From Candidatus Wolfebacteria bacterium GW2011_GWB1_47_1 (GTDB taxonomy: Bacteria; Patescibacteriota; Minisyncoccia; UBA6257; UBA9933), in NCBI GenBank assembly GCA_001029635.1, contig CP011209.1, forward strand, positions 16,983 to 80,982: 64,000 nt of DNA, written 5' to 3'. Position 1 is the first letter of the stretch; every line of letters starts with the position of its first letter. The notes beneath the pieces are model-generated. The model saw nothing but the letters and a program-made list of their open reading frames with translations. It was not told where the DNA came from and did no database searches. A program made the translations under genes and the position numbers. Shown here piece after piece: positions 47,578 through 57,052 of this stretch.

Positions 47578-48357
47578 TTATTTGAGATAGCTCTCGACCA
47601 ATACGGTCAAAGCCTGCTTGTCATACAACACGCGCGGATCAACCTTCTTACCGTTGATGTATACGGTAGGAGTCGAAATGCCGTCAGTCATAACTTCCTG
47701 CGCCTCCCGCATATGGGCTGCGGTCACTTCGATCTTCTTCCCGGAATTGAAGCACTCGGTAAATGCGTTCTGATCGAGTCCAATTTCCTTGCCAATTTTC
47801 GTGAAGAGATTAAGGTTCAAGTTTCCATTGTTCTCGCTCGATTCAATCTTCCGCGCGATCATCTGCTCAACTTCTTTGTATTCCGCAGTAAAGATCCCAT
47901 CGTGCATTTCCCAAAATTTCCCCTGCTCTTGAGCGCAAGCTACCGCGGTAGCGGAATTTTCCGATTCCTGCCCAAGAAATGCGAGTGGCTTATAAACCAA
48001 TTTTGCCTTGCCGGTATCGACAAACGCGCTCTTAATGAAGGGTGCTACATCATTGAAGAACTTACCACAGTACGGGCACTGAAAATCGCCAAATTCGATG
48101 ATAGTCACTTTCGCATCGGAATTGCCTCGTACAACATCTGCAGCAGTGATCTCCGGGGCCTTTCCGATGGCGCCCTGCTCAACAGTAGGAGCTGGATTAT
48201 TTGCTGCACCACTTGAATAGACGAAAGCGGCGGCAATCACCACAGCGGCAAATACAATGCTCGCAGGGAGCATCCACTCCTTTTTCTCCTCTTTCTTAAT
48301 AAACTGGGCAATTTCTTCCGCCTGGTTCATTTGGTTTTTCTCGTTAGTATGTTCCAT
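47578..48357 (-). CDS. DsbA-family thioredoxin
   Basis: TM anchor, EFGDFQCPYC, GISTPT. Confidence 0.92.
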   Translation of the reverse strand: MEHTNEKNQMNQAEEIAQFIKKEEKKEWMLPASIVFAAVVIAAAFVYSSGAANNPAPTVEQGAIGKAPEITAADVVRGNSDAKVTIIEFGDFQCPYCGKFFNDVAPFIKSAFVDTGKAKLVYKPLAFLGQESENSATAVACAQEQGKFWEMHDGIFTAEYKEVEQMIARKIESSENNGNLNLNLFTKIGKEIGLDQNAFTECFNSGKKIEVTAAHMREAQEVMTDGISTPTVYINGKKVDPRVLYDKQALTVLVESYLK

Positions 48358-48564
48358 AGTACACCTAGTTTACTACACCTAGTCCATCAAGTGCAACGTG
48401 AGTCTCTTGTCAAAACAACGGGTATGCATTTAACAAAATAGAATAAAAAATGAGGGGAACGAAATAAATCACCCCTCTCAGATATTTTACACATACGCGC
48501 GCGTTCCACCGCTACCACAGCGAAGAAAGGATGATTTACTCCACGCTATATACCGATCACATGA

Positions 48565-49905
48565 TCATTGCTCATTTACAAAGACCGTTTTGATCGTCTT
48601 AAGGATAATCAAAATATCCAGTACGAACGACATATTCTTTAAATAGTAGATATCAAATTCAAGCTTGCGATACGCGTCCTCCACACTCGATCCATATCGA
48701 TATCCTATCTGAGCCCACCCGGTAATCCCTGGCTGTACCAAGTGGCGAACCTCATAATACGGCACTTTCTTTTTGAGGTCGGCAACGAACTCAGGTCGCT
48801 CGGGTCGCGGACCAACGAACGACACCTCGCCCCGCAATACGTTAAAAAGTTGCGGAAATTCATCGATATGAGTCGCACGCAAAAACTTCCCCACTTTGGT
48901 CACTCGGTTATCCCCAGGCGCAGACCATTGCGCCCCATGTTTTTCCGCATCCACACGCATGCTTCGAAATTTATAAATTTCAAACAACTGCTCATTCTTC
49001 CCTACGCGCTCCTGTCGATAAATGACCGGCCCACGCGAAGTAAACTTCACCGCGACTGCCGCAAGAAGTATGATTGGGGAAAGAATAACCAGCATAACGA
49101 TCGCCAAAACCTTTTCAAACACCGCGCGGATAAACGCATACAGTGGCCCCATCGGACGAATGTGTTCGATGAACCAATTTTCCTCGATCTCCTTCAATGG
49201 GATCTGCTTGAATGCCAATTCGTAGAAATCGACAAAGTCGAAGATGCGCACACCCATCGGCAACAATTGATACACGATTTTCACAGTCGATGATTTCTTG
49301 ATGATGCTCGATTGGATGACGAGTGTGTTGATCCGTTCCCGCTCGATCATTTCCTTGAGATGGTCAAATCCGTCGTCTTCCTTTTGGATCCATTTGTTAA
49401 CCGAATATCCCACTTGCGGATTCTGTCGGATAAATTCAATAGTCGTTGCCATCTCGGGAGAATCACCAATAAATAGAATGGTATTACGCATCCCCCGCTT
49501 CACAAAGATTTGTCCAAGTCCCAAGCGGAACACATAATCAAGGACGGCAAACAGCGCGACAAAGATGAGGAGGTTTGTTTTTGGCGAAATTCCAAACACC
49601 GGAAGAAAGAAATAAAAGAGTGCGATAGAAACGGCAACATTAGTCGCAAGTGCCTGGGCGAACAAGGTGAATGTAGCTATATTTGGCTTGAAGTTCTTCT
49701 CCCGATACAGCTCGAAGAGGTAGAAAACAAGCAGCCATGGTAAAAGAATGAACGAAAAGACTTGTAGGTGCTGATACACGAGGCTATATAGTGCGCTGAT
49801 ATATTCACCACGGTAGCGGATTAATAACGTCAAAAACAGGGATGTATAAAACAATACGACATCCCCCAACACTATGGCGGTAATTTTTGTCCGAGAAATG
49901 TTCAT
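48565..49905 (-). CDS. Polyprenyl-phosphate sugar phosphotransferase (WcaJ/WbaP-like)
   Basis: YKFRSM, RVTKVGKFLR, DEFPQLFNV, VGPRPE, PGITGWAQ. Confidence 0.95.
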   Translation of the reverse strand: MNISRTKITAIVLGDVVLFYTSLFLTLLIRYRGEYISALYSLVYQHLQVFSFILLPWLLVFYLFELYREKNFKPNIATFTLFAQALATNVAVSIALFYFFLPVFGISPKTNLLIFVALFAVLDYVFRLGLGQIFVKRGMRNTILFIGDSPEMATTIEFIRQNPQVGYSVNKWIQKEDDGFDHLKEMIERERINTLVIQSSIIKKSSTVKIVYQLLPMGVRIFDFVDFYELAFKQIPLKEIEENWFIEHIRPMGPLYAFIRAVFEKVLAIVMLVILSPIILLAAVAVKFTSRGPVIYRQERVGKNEQLFEIYKFRSMRVDAEKHGAQWSAPGDNRVTKVGKFLRATHIDEFPQLFNVLRGEVSFVGPRPERPEFVADLKKKVPYYEVRHLVQPGITGWAQIGYRYGSSVEDAYRKLEFDIYYLKNMSFVLDILIILKTIKTVFVNEQ

Positions 49906-49906
49906 A

Positions 49907-50827
49907 TCAGAACCAGTCTTTCTTCGAGAAGATGGCGAACGCAATGGCAGATACGACAACGATCAACCCCATGACGCCCAAAAATGCCATCGGATTACTC
50001 TGCATCGGAAGAGGCACATTCATACCAAACACGCTTGCAATCATCGTCGGCAAGGTGAGCAAAATCGTCACACCCGCCAAGAATTTCATGGTCTTATTTA
50101 AGTCGTTCGTCAAAATGGTCGAATACGCCTCGCGAATGTTCGAAATAGCCTTGATGCTCGTATTGCAGATGTCGACAGCCTCTTCGTTACTCAGCATAAG
50201 GTCCTCCACAACATCGCTATCCTCCTTGATGAACGCAAGATACTGCTTCCCCAAAAGGGTCTTGTAGATCTTCCCTGCCGGGACCAATGAAGTAACGAAA
50301 TCGTTCATGACACGCTCTCGGTCAACGAACGCAATAATATCCTGGTTCGTGATCTTCGCAACGTTCGATTGCTTCACGCGAATGTCCTTATTAATGGCAT
50401 GCAGGTAGCTTTGGTACAGCAAATTGATCTTGATAAAGAACAGTAACAAAAACTTTTCCTTCTGTGTGGTCGCGAATTCAATCTTCCCGGATAGGAAGTC
50501 ATCGAAGATGGCCCTGCGTTCGCGCGCGACCGTGACAATAAAGTCTTCCGCGACGACAAAAAGAATCGGTGCGGTCTGGATAACCCCACGCTCTTCGTAC
50601 GGGAACCGCAAAAAGATATACATCATACTGCCCTCGACCTCAAAACGAGGAACCTCAAACGGGTCGAGTGCATCCGAAATATGCCCATGCTCAAGCTTAA
50701 GGTCGTCGGTCAGGAATTCCATTTCATGTTCGGATGGGTCGGTCACAAAGACCCAGCTCCCCTTCTGAACCACGCTACCCTTTTGAATATGAGCATCCTT
50801 TAATGATTTTCGGTAGATTTCGATCAT
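49907..50827 (-). CDS. corA: CorA-family Mg2+ transporter
   Basis: LNKTMKFL, FGMNV signature, two C-terminal TM helices. Confidence 0.93.
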   Translation of the reverse strand: MIEIYRKSLKDAHIQKGSVVQKGSWVFVTDPSEHEMEFLTDDLKLEHGHISDALDPFEVPRFEVEGSMMYIFLRFPYEERGVIQTAPILFVVAEDFIVTVARERRAIFDDFLSGKIEFATTQKEKFLLLFFIKINLLYQSYLHAINKDIRVKQSNVAKITNQDIIAFVDRERVMNDFVTSLVPAGKIYKTLLGKQYLAFIKEDSDVVEDLMLSNEEAVDICNTSIKAISNIREAYSTILTNDLNKTMKFLAGVTILLTLPTMIASVFGMNVPLPMQSNPMAFLGVMGLIVVVSAIAFAIFSKKDWF

Positions 50828-50981
50828 AGTAGTTCTATTTCCCCCCTCCTCCGTCTTGCTGTTGCGTATCTTTTTAGGAGACTGCGAAGATCGGCGGAGC
50901 AAGCACGAACCGAATATTCAACAGAATATTCGTGTGCTCCTAAAAAGACACGACAAAAGCAAATACTTCCCTTTAATTATG
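50828..50981 (-). promoter_or_regulatory. Structured ~140-nt corA leader with a possible anti-SD
   Basis: 16-bp stem CGUGUCUUUUUAGGAG/CUCCUAAAAAGAUACG; loop CUCCGCCGAUCUU complementary to the SD region AAGACGGAGGAG; CATAAT at 50976-50981. Confidence 0.6.
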
Positions 50982-51007
50982 CCCTTAATTGCGGTAACAT
51001 TCAATCA

Positions 51008-52474
51008 ATGTTAAAACGGGTAAGATCACTTCTTCTGGAGAACAAAACAACCAGGCAAACAATAGCCAAAAACACCTTCTGGCTCTTTTTTGGTAACATC
51101 AGTTCGCGCCTCATCAAGGCGGGCATCATCATCTACGCGGCCCGCATTCTGGGCGCCGAAGACTGGGGCGTCTTTTCATATGCTCTTTCCCTCGCGGCCT
51201 TCTTCACCGTCTTCACCGATTTTGGGATGAGCACGGTCATCACACGCGAATCAGCAAAAGATCTTTCTGTGCAAGAAAAATACTTTGCAACTTCACTAGT
51301 ACTCAAGATAGCCATGACGATCGTATCGATCGCCGTGTTTCTCGCCCTCGCCCCGCTTATCGTAAAGCAAAAAGCGGTCATGGCACTGCTCCCCATCATC
51401 ATCCTGCTCGTAAGCCTCGATGGCATGCGCGACTTTGCCGCCTCGCTATCCCGCGCATGGGAGAAGATGGAGATCGAAGCCGCGATCCAAATCCTTACCA
51501 ATATCGCCATAGTCATCGGCGGATTTGTTGCGCTGTACTATTATCAGACCTCGTACGCACTCTCCGTAGGCTACACGATCGGGGTTGGTATTGGTATGCT
51601 CGCAGCATTTTATCCATTCCACCACTATTTCAAGAATCTCAAGCAAACCTTCGATCCGAAGCTCATCAAGCCGATCCTGCACGCAAGTTGGCCGATCGGC
51701 ATGCTCGGTCTCATGACGGCGACCATGCTCAACACCGACACAATTATGATCGGATGGTTCCGTGACATTTCAGAAGTTGGTTACTATTCGGCCGGTCAGC
51801 GCATTGCGCAGATCATATTCATGGTACCCGCATTACTGACAACGGCCCTCTTCCCCTCATTTGCAAAGTTCGCATTCGACAAAGAGCGCTTTGGCAAAGC
51901 AATCGAAAAGTCGCTCCTCATCCTCCTTATGGTCGGCATCCCCATGGCGATTGGCGGAGCCTTCCTTGCTAAGGACATCATGTACATTGTATACGGCGAT
52001 CAATATCTCGCCGGTTCGCTCGCTTTTGCAATCATGTCGCTCACCTTCATCTCGGGGTTCATAGCCCCAGTCTTAGGCAATGCGATATTCGCGCTTAACA
52101 AAGAAAAGCAATTATTCACCTATATCGCCTTGGGGATCGGCGGGAACTTCCTATTTAATCTGATTTTTATTCCCGTCTTTGGTATAGCAGGCGCAGCACT
52201 TTCGACACTCCTTAACCAAACCATCATCACGATATATTTATCGCATAAGCTCAAAAAAGAAGTGACGATCTCCATTCGCAAAAAGCTTGCAAATATTCTT
52301 ACGGCGTCATTCATCTTATTTGTCGCGGTATTTGGTCTATCACTCCTGGAGTTCAATGCGATTGTGATTATCATCGCCGCCGCAGCAGCATATGGATACG
52401 TCCTCCATCTCCTGCAAGAACCAATTTTTGTAGAAGTTGCCAATCCAATATTCCGCCGCATAAAAAGCACATAA
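51008..52474 (+). CDS. Wzx-type flippase
   Basis: AKNTFWL, ARILGAEDWG, TDFG, DTIMIG..VGYYSAG; many TM helices. Confidence 0.92.
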   Translation: MLKRVRSLLLENKTTRQTIAKNTFWLFFGNISSRLIKAGIIIYAARILGAEDWGVFSYALSLAAFFTVFTDFGMSTVITRESAKDLSVQEKYFATSLVLKIAMTIVSIAVFLALAPLIVKQKAVMALLPIIILLVSLDGMRDFAASLSRAWEKMEIEAAIQILTNIAIVIGGFVALYYYQTSYALSVGYTIGVGIGMLAAFYPFHHYFKNLKQTFDPKLIKPILHASWPIGMLGLMTATMLNTDTIMIGWFRDISEVGYYSAGQRIAQIIFMVPALLTTALFPSFAKFAFDKERFGKAIEKSLLILLMVGIPMAIGGAFLAKDIMYIVYGDQYLAGSLAFAIMSLTFISGFIAPVLGNAIFALNKEKQLFTYIALGIGGNFLFNLIFIPVFGIAGAALSTLLNQTIITIYLSHKLKKEVTISIRKKLANILTASFILFVAVFGLSLLEFNAIVIIIAAAAAYGYVLHLLQEPIFVEVANPIFRRIKST

Positions 52475-52566
52475 CGGCGCATTGTCATGCTAAACCTATA
52501 TTGTTATTCTGACGAATATGGAAATCCAATATTTTTCTTAATTCTCTTATCGCATATCTCTATTCT

Positions 52567-53700
52567 ATGAACATCCTCATTGTGATAACCAAAGGAGAAG
52601 TAGGCGGAGCGCAGATATTTGTTTCCACGCTCGCAAAAAACCTGCATCGGCAAGGACACAAAGTCACTGTCGCCTATGGAGAAGGAGACTACCTGCGCGA
52701 TACGCTAGCGCCGGAAGGTATTGCGCTAGTGCGCTTCCACTGGCTTAGGCGCACGACCAACCTACTGTCCAACATCCGCTTTGGCCGGGAATTGCGTGCA
52801 TACCTCGCAACACGTCATTTTGACGTGATCCATTTCAACAGTTCAAATGCGCTCTTCGGCGTACTAGCCGCGCGCTTGATGCGCTCACATGCAAAAATCA
52901 TATTCACGCTCCATGGCCTTTCGGTCGTCGATCCAAACTACGCCGCATCGAACATCGCAAAACGCGCATATCGAGCATTATTTAAACTATTACTAATGCT
53001 TGTCGATGAGCCCGTATTTGTAAGTAAATTAAATTTCGAATACGCAAAGAAGATCGGGCTGATCAAACGCGGTACAGTAATCCCCAATGGCATCAACACG
53101 GAATCACTGGAATTTCTACCCCGTGAAGAAGCACGCATCACCTTGAGCGAAAAAATGGGGATAACCACCGCAGACTACTACATCATTGGATCCATTGGCC
53201 GCCTTGCCTATCCAAAGAATTATGAGTTTCTTATTAGAACATTTCCAAAAATCGTGAAGGAGATCCCAAACGCAATAGCCATTATTATTGGTGAAGGGCC
53301 AAAACGCGAACTATATGAACAAATGATCGAACAAAAAGAACTGACTAATAGGGTATTTCTCATTGGCGAACTCCCGGATGCCTATCGGTATATCAAAGCA
53401 TTTGATCTCTTCACACTCCCCTCAGAATACGAAGGGATGTCCATGACGCTCATCGAAGCAATGTTTGCAGAAGTGCCCATCCTCGCATCACGCGTTGGAG
53501 GTACACCAGAATTGCTCAATGACCCTACTCAGACCTACGCGCTCAATGACGTGGATAACTTTATCAAAAAATTGAACGAGATCCGCTCTAAGGAAGGTTT
53601 TACCTATACTACGGAACAAAGGAACCATCACTCCCAATTCAAAGGCGAAGCGATGGCAGAAAAATATATCAAGGTTTACGGGGAAACCCATTTTTCTTGA
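52567..53700 (+). CDS. Glycosyltransferase family 4
   Basis: GGAQ, IPNGI, IGRLAYPKN, EGMSMTLIEAM. Confidence 0.93.
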   Translation: MNILIVITKGEVGGAQIFVSTLAKNLHRQGHKVTVAYGEGDYLRDTLAPEGIALVRFHWLRRTTNLLSNIRFGRELRAYLATRHFDVIHFNSSNALFGVLAARLMRSHAKIIFTLHGLSVVDPNYAASNIAKRAYRALFKLLLMLVDEPVFVSKLNFEYAKKIGLIKRGTVIPNGINTESLEFLPREEARITLSEKMGITTADYYIIGSIGRLAYPKNYEFLIRTFPKIVKEIPNAIAIIIGEGPKRELYEQMIEQKELTNRVFLIGELPDAYRYIKAFDLFTLPSEYEGMSMTLIEAMFAEVPILASRVGGTPELLNDPTQTYALNDVDNFIKKLNEIRSKEGFTYTTEQRNHHSQFKGEAMAEKYIKVYGETHFS

Positions 53701-54478
53701 TCAGGGCATACGGAGAAGATAATCCGAGTACGCCATACCAAACCAGTCGCGCAACTCCGCGCACCAATGCCCGCATCACATACGGGTATTGTTTTTTATA
53801 ATTCCAGATCAACCCCAATGTGATCAGATTCATCTTCCACTTCTTTTTGGCACTCACTGAGCCCGCACGCTGAGTCCAATTGATGCAAAATGTATCGAGA
53901 TTGGCGAACTTTCCAACAGCACCCATGCGTAGCCATAAATCATAGTCTTCAGCCAATCGCATATCCTTATATCCACCCAACTGCTGAAATACATCCTTGC
54001 GATAGAGTGCTCCCGAATGAGCGAAGCAATTGCGCCCCAAAATACTGGCACGAATTTGCTCATCATTCTTCGGATACCGTTGTTCAAATAAAATATTCTC
54101 CAATTCATCAACAACTCGCACGCAACCAGATCCAACAAGTACATATTCGGGGTGCGCTTCCAAAAAACCAACCTGCTCGCGTAACTTATTTGTATCTGGC
54201 CATTCGTCATCATCATCAATGACCGCAACGTAACCACCCTTCGCCTGGGCAACTGCAAAATTACGCGCCCTCCCCGGCCCCTCATTCTTCGCTCGATAAA
54301 AATACCTCACCCGCGCATCCCTACTCGCAATCGCATGTACGATATTTGCAGTGCCGTCGGTCGATGCATCATCGACCACAACAACCTCAAAATCTACACC
54401 CTCCTGTCGCAAAACACTGCGGATTACACGCTCGATGAATCGCTCTCCGTTTTTAGTTGCAATGATAACGCTGATCAT
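53669..54478 (-). CDS. Glycosyltransferase family 2
   Basis: ISVII, VDDASTD, ARN, IDDDD, AEDYDLWLR; ATGA overlap with the upstream gene. Confidence 0.93.
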   Translation of the reverse strand: MISVIIATKNGERFIERVIRSVLRQEGVDFEVVVVDDASTDGTANIVHAIASRDARVRYFYRAKNEGPGRARNFAVAQAKGGYVAVIDDDDEWPDTNKLREQVGFLEAHPEYVLVGSGCVRVVDELENILFEQRYPKNDEQIRASILGRNCFAHSGALYRKDVFQQLGGYKDMRLAEDYDLWLRMGAVGKFANLDTFCINWTQRAGSVSAKKKWKMNLITLGLIWNYKKQYPYVMRALVRGVARLVWYGVLGLSSPYALIKKNGFPRKP

Positions 54479-55332
54479 AATCGTATCCATTCGCTTGGCA
54501 CCGCATCGCTCGTATCGACGCGCGAATCGCTCACCCATTGCCTCGGAGCAATGACGATCTTATGGGGATTAGCATTAAGCCAAGCGCCCCACCAACTGAA
54601 GCTACTATTGGCAATGATGGCGTGCTTGCACTTGCTCATCAATATAAGCTCTTCATAATCTCTAATACCGCCATCGGAAACATATGTCGCGTTAGGGATT
54701 TCAATATGCTCTTTTACCCACTCGATATCATCAGAGAACACAAAAAATTTTGGCAGGTCAATGCGCTTCAAGATCGTGTCGATTGCAGCTCGGTAATATG
54801 CAGGCGAACAAATGCCATGGAATGCGCTCGCATTTTTATTATTCACATAATCACCTCGGCGAACATGTAAAGAAACCGCATTGGATTGCTCGATATCTTC
54901 CAAGACAGCATGCGCATCTCGACCCATAACATCCTTTAATTGAAATTCGTTACGAACAATAAATTCAATATCCTTGAAATAGCGCTCGCTCTGAAAGAAT
55001 CCTTCCATATACACGTCTCCCGTCTGCTCCAATATCTTTGGGTTAAATACATAACTCGTGATCGGCCGAAATTTATTAATGATCTTTTTGATCAACCTGC
55101 CAATAAGCGAATCACACATACGCCCCACCTCCTCCGCAGTGGCCGCTTGCGCAGAAATGGCAAAGTTGCTCAATGCGTACTGTCGCACAGTATCACTCGC
55201 AGGAATGCCACCAGGATCATACCAGCTCAAATCAAGACGCAATATATCATTGTTCCTTTCTGCCAAATGCTTCGCGCACGCATATTGGAACATCTGGTTC
55301 CCTAGCCCACCTTTAAGTTTGATGATAATCAT
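54475..55332 (-). CDS. Alpha-1,2-fucosyltransferase (GT11)
   Basis: GGLGNQMFQYA, HVRRGDY, FSDDIEW, NSSFSWWGAWL. Confidence 0.95.
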   Translation of the reverse strand: MIIIKLKGGLGNQMFQYACAKHLAERNNDILRLDLSWYDPGGIPASDTVRQYALSNFAISAQAATAEEVGRMCDSLIGRLIKKIINKFRPITSYVFNPKILEQTGDVYMEGFFQSERYFKDIEFIVRNEFQLKDVMGRDAHAVLEDIEQSNAVSLHVRRGDYVNNKNASAFHGICSPAYYRAAIDTILKRIDLPKFFVFSDDIEWVKEHIEIPNATYVSDGGIRDYEELILMSKCKHAIIANSSFSWWGAWLNANPHKIVIAPRQWVSDSRVDTSDAVPSEWIRL

Positions 55333-55405
55333 ATATCTGTCATCCCGGCGAAAGCCGGGATCCACTTCCCTATTCGCGCAGAACGCGCATATATAATATT
55401 CTGAA

Positions 55406-56131
55406 TCATTTCTTCACAAACCAAAAGCATCCACATCCGTACACCTCCCCATTTGCCTGATCCGCAGTCGCATTCACGATCATGGGGCCACTTTTTTCAG
55501 GAATAAGCGAAAACTCCCTTAGCTCAAGTTCACTAAAATATTCCTTGATCATACCATATGAATAAATACGATGCGCATTAAATTGGATCTTTGGTTTACC
55601 GATTGGCACGACAAACAATAACGATCCACCAGACGCAAGTACGCGCTGCAATTCTTTGATCGCCTTCAAGTCACCGTCCGGGTCAATAGGGTCACCATAC
55701 CTTCCAAGACCTACATGCTCAACGGTATGCATACATGAAAGCGACTTAATGCTATTGTCCGCAAAAGGCAGCTTCATAAGATCCCCCTTCTCACTCGCCA
55801 GGCCGCTCAATTGCAGGTCGGCAGGACGATAGTCATAAAATTTAACAGGTACAAAAGCCGAAACGATTGAGGAAAAATAAAGACTCGAGGAAATATCCGT
55901 ATGAAATTCCGACTTGATCTCCGCAACTTTACGCGCCGCCCAAGCCGTGTGATACACATAATGCCGGTCGAATCCAGTCATCACAGTCTTATCAAGCGGG
56001 CACGGATACATATCTGAAACAGCCAATGAAAATCTCCCTCTTTTGCCCGCCAATTTTTTAAACGCAAAGTAATCCTTCAATACAAAAGGAGCGAGAAGAT
56101 ACTGTCGTATTTTTTTGATCGTTCGTTTCAT
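55406..56131 (-). CDS. DUF268-type SAM-dependent methyltransferase-like protein
   Basis: SLSCMHTVEHVGLGRYGDPIDPDGD, FNAHRIY. Confidence 0.85.
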   Translation of the reverse strand: MKRTIKKIRQYLLAPFVLKDYFAFKKLAGKRGRFSLAVSDMYPCPLDKTVMTGFDRHYVYHTAWAARKVAEIKSEFHTDISSSLYFSSIVSAFVPVKFYDYRPADLQLSGLASEKGDLMKLPFADNSIKSLSCMHTVEHVGLGRYGDPIDPDGDLKAIKELQRVLASGGSLLFVVPIGKPKIQFNAHRIYSYGMIKEYFSELELREFSLIPEKSGPMIVNATADQANGEVYGCGCFWFVKK

Positions 56132-57051
56132 TGTGAAATGATAGAGAGATACCGTTCCGCCGATTTTCTATCCGTAAAATGTTCCAAGGCATATGCACGA
56201 GTCCGGAATGATCCCAAGCTGGCCATAAAGTCGCTAAGCACCGCAAGATCTTCCGCGCCTTTGAAGCGCATCCCACACGCATCCACAAGGTACGGAGCGG
56301 AGCTTGCCCCGCTCCACTCGCGGCCACCTCCAGTAAACAGCCCCCTATCCCAGACCAGCGTAGGTACCCCTCGGATCCATGCCTCGGCAAGCGCGAGCCC
56401 CTGACTCTCTGATTCAGTTAAATATATCATGCCTGACACCGTTTCCAAAAGCGCAAAGTAATCGCGTTGATCAAATGATCCGTATTCCAAGACCACATAG
56501 GGAATATGCGTGTCAGCCAAATGTCTTACGACTGCATCGAAGATATACTTAGGCGCATGCTTTTTATAGATCAATAATCCGCTACGCGCACCCTGCGGCA
56601 CTTCGCCCGGATCCTGCACGCCCGCGGCCCATACGGCGATCCGCGGAGCGAGCTCGGGGCGCAACGAGACCCATAGATCCTTTACCCATTGTGCCGGCAC
56701 CACAATAACATCGATGGCATCGTCTCGCATAATGTCTTGTACATCATCCGGAAATACTACAATGTTCGGGCCTGCGACTATCTTTTTCACCAGCCCTTTT
56801 CGCTTCCATTCGATCACCCTCTGTAATGCGCATGTCCCGCTTAATACACAGGCGACATCGATCGGTTCCGCGGGTTTCTTGTCGATGGCGACCTGCATAT
56901 CCAGTTCACGCAAACCACGCACAAGACTGTCGAACACCGCCCGCGGCCCACGACTTCCACGACCGATTAGATTTTTAATAAACGCCTTCACTCTGGAGAT
57001 AGCGCACGATTGCTCAGTATAGATGTGGAGAGACTCGGGGGTATATTGCAT
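56128..57051 (-). CDS. Putative GT-B glycosyltransferase
   Basis: ESQGLALAEAW (EX7E-like) motif; inside the glycan operon. Confidence 0.7.
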   Translation of the reverse strand: MQYTPESLHIYTEQSCAISRVKAFIKNLIGRGSRGPRAVFDSLVRGLRELDMQVAIDKKPAEPIDVACVLSGTCALQRVIEWKRKGLVKKIVAGPNIVVFPDDVQDIMRDDAIDVIVVPAQWVKDLWVSLRPELAPRIAVWAAGVQDPGEVPQGARSGLLIYKKHAPKYIFDAVVRHLADTHIPYVVLEYGSFDQRDYFALLETVSGMIYLTESESQGLALAEAWIRGVPTLVWDRGLFTGGGREWSGASSAPYLVDACGMRFKGAEDLAVLSDFMASLGSFRTRAYALEHFTDRKSAERYLSIISQ

Positions 57052-57052
57052 A

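Noticed and set aside
50828-50981. corA leader as an M-box riboswitch
   Set aside because: No recognisable M-box consensus by eye; kept as an unassigned candidate instead.
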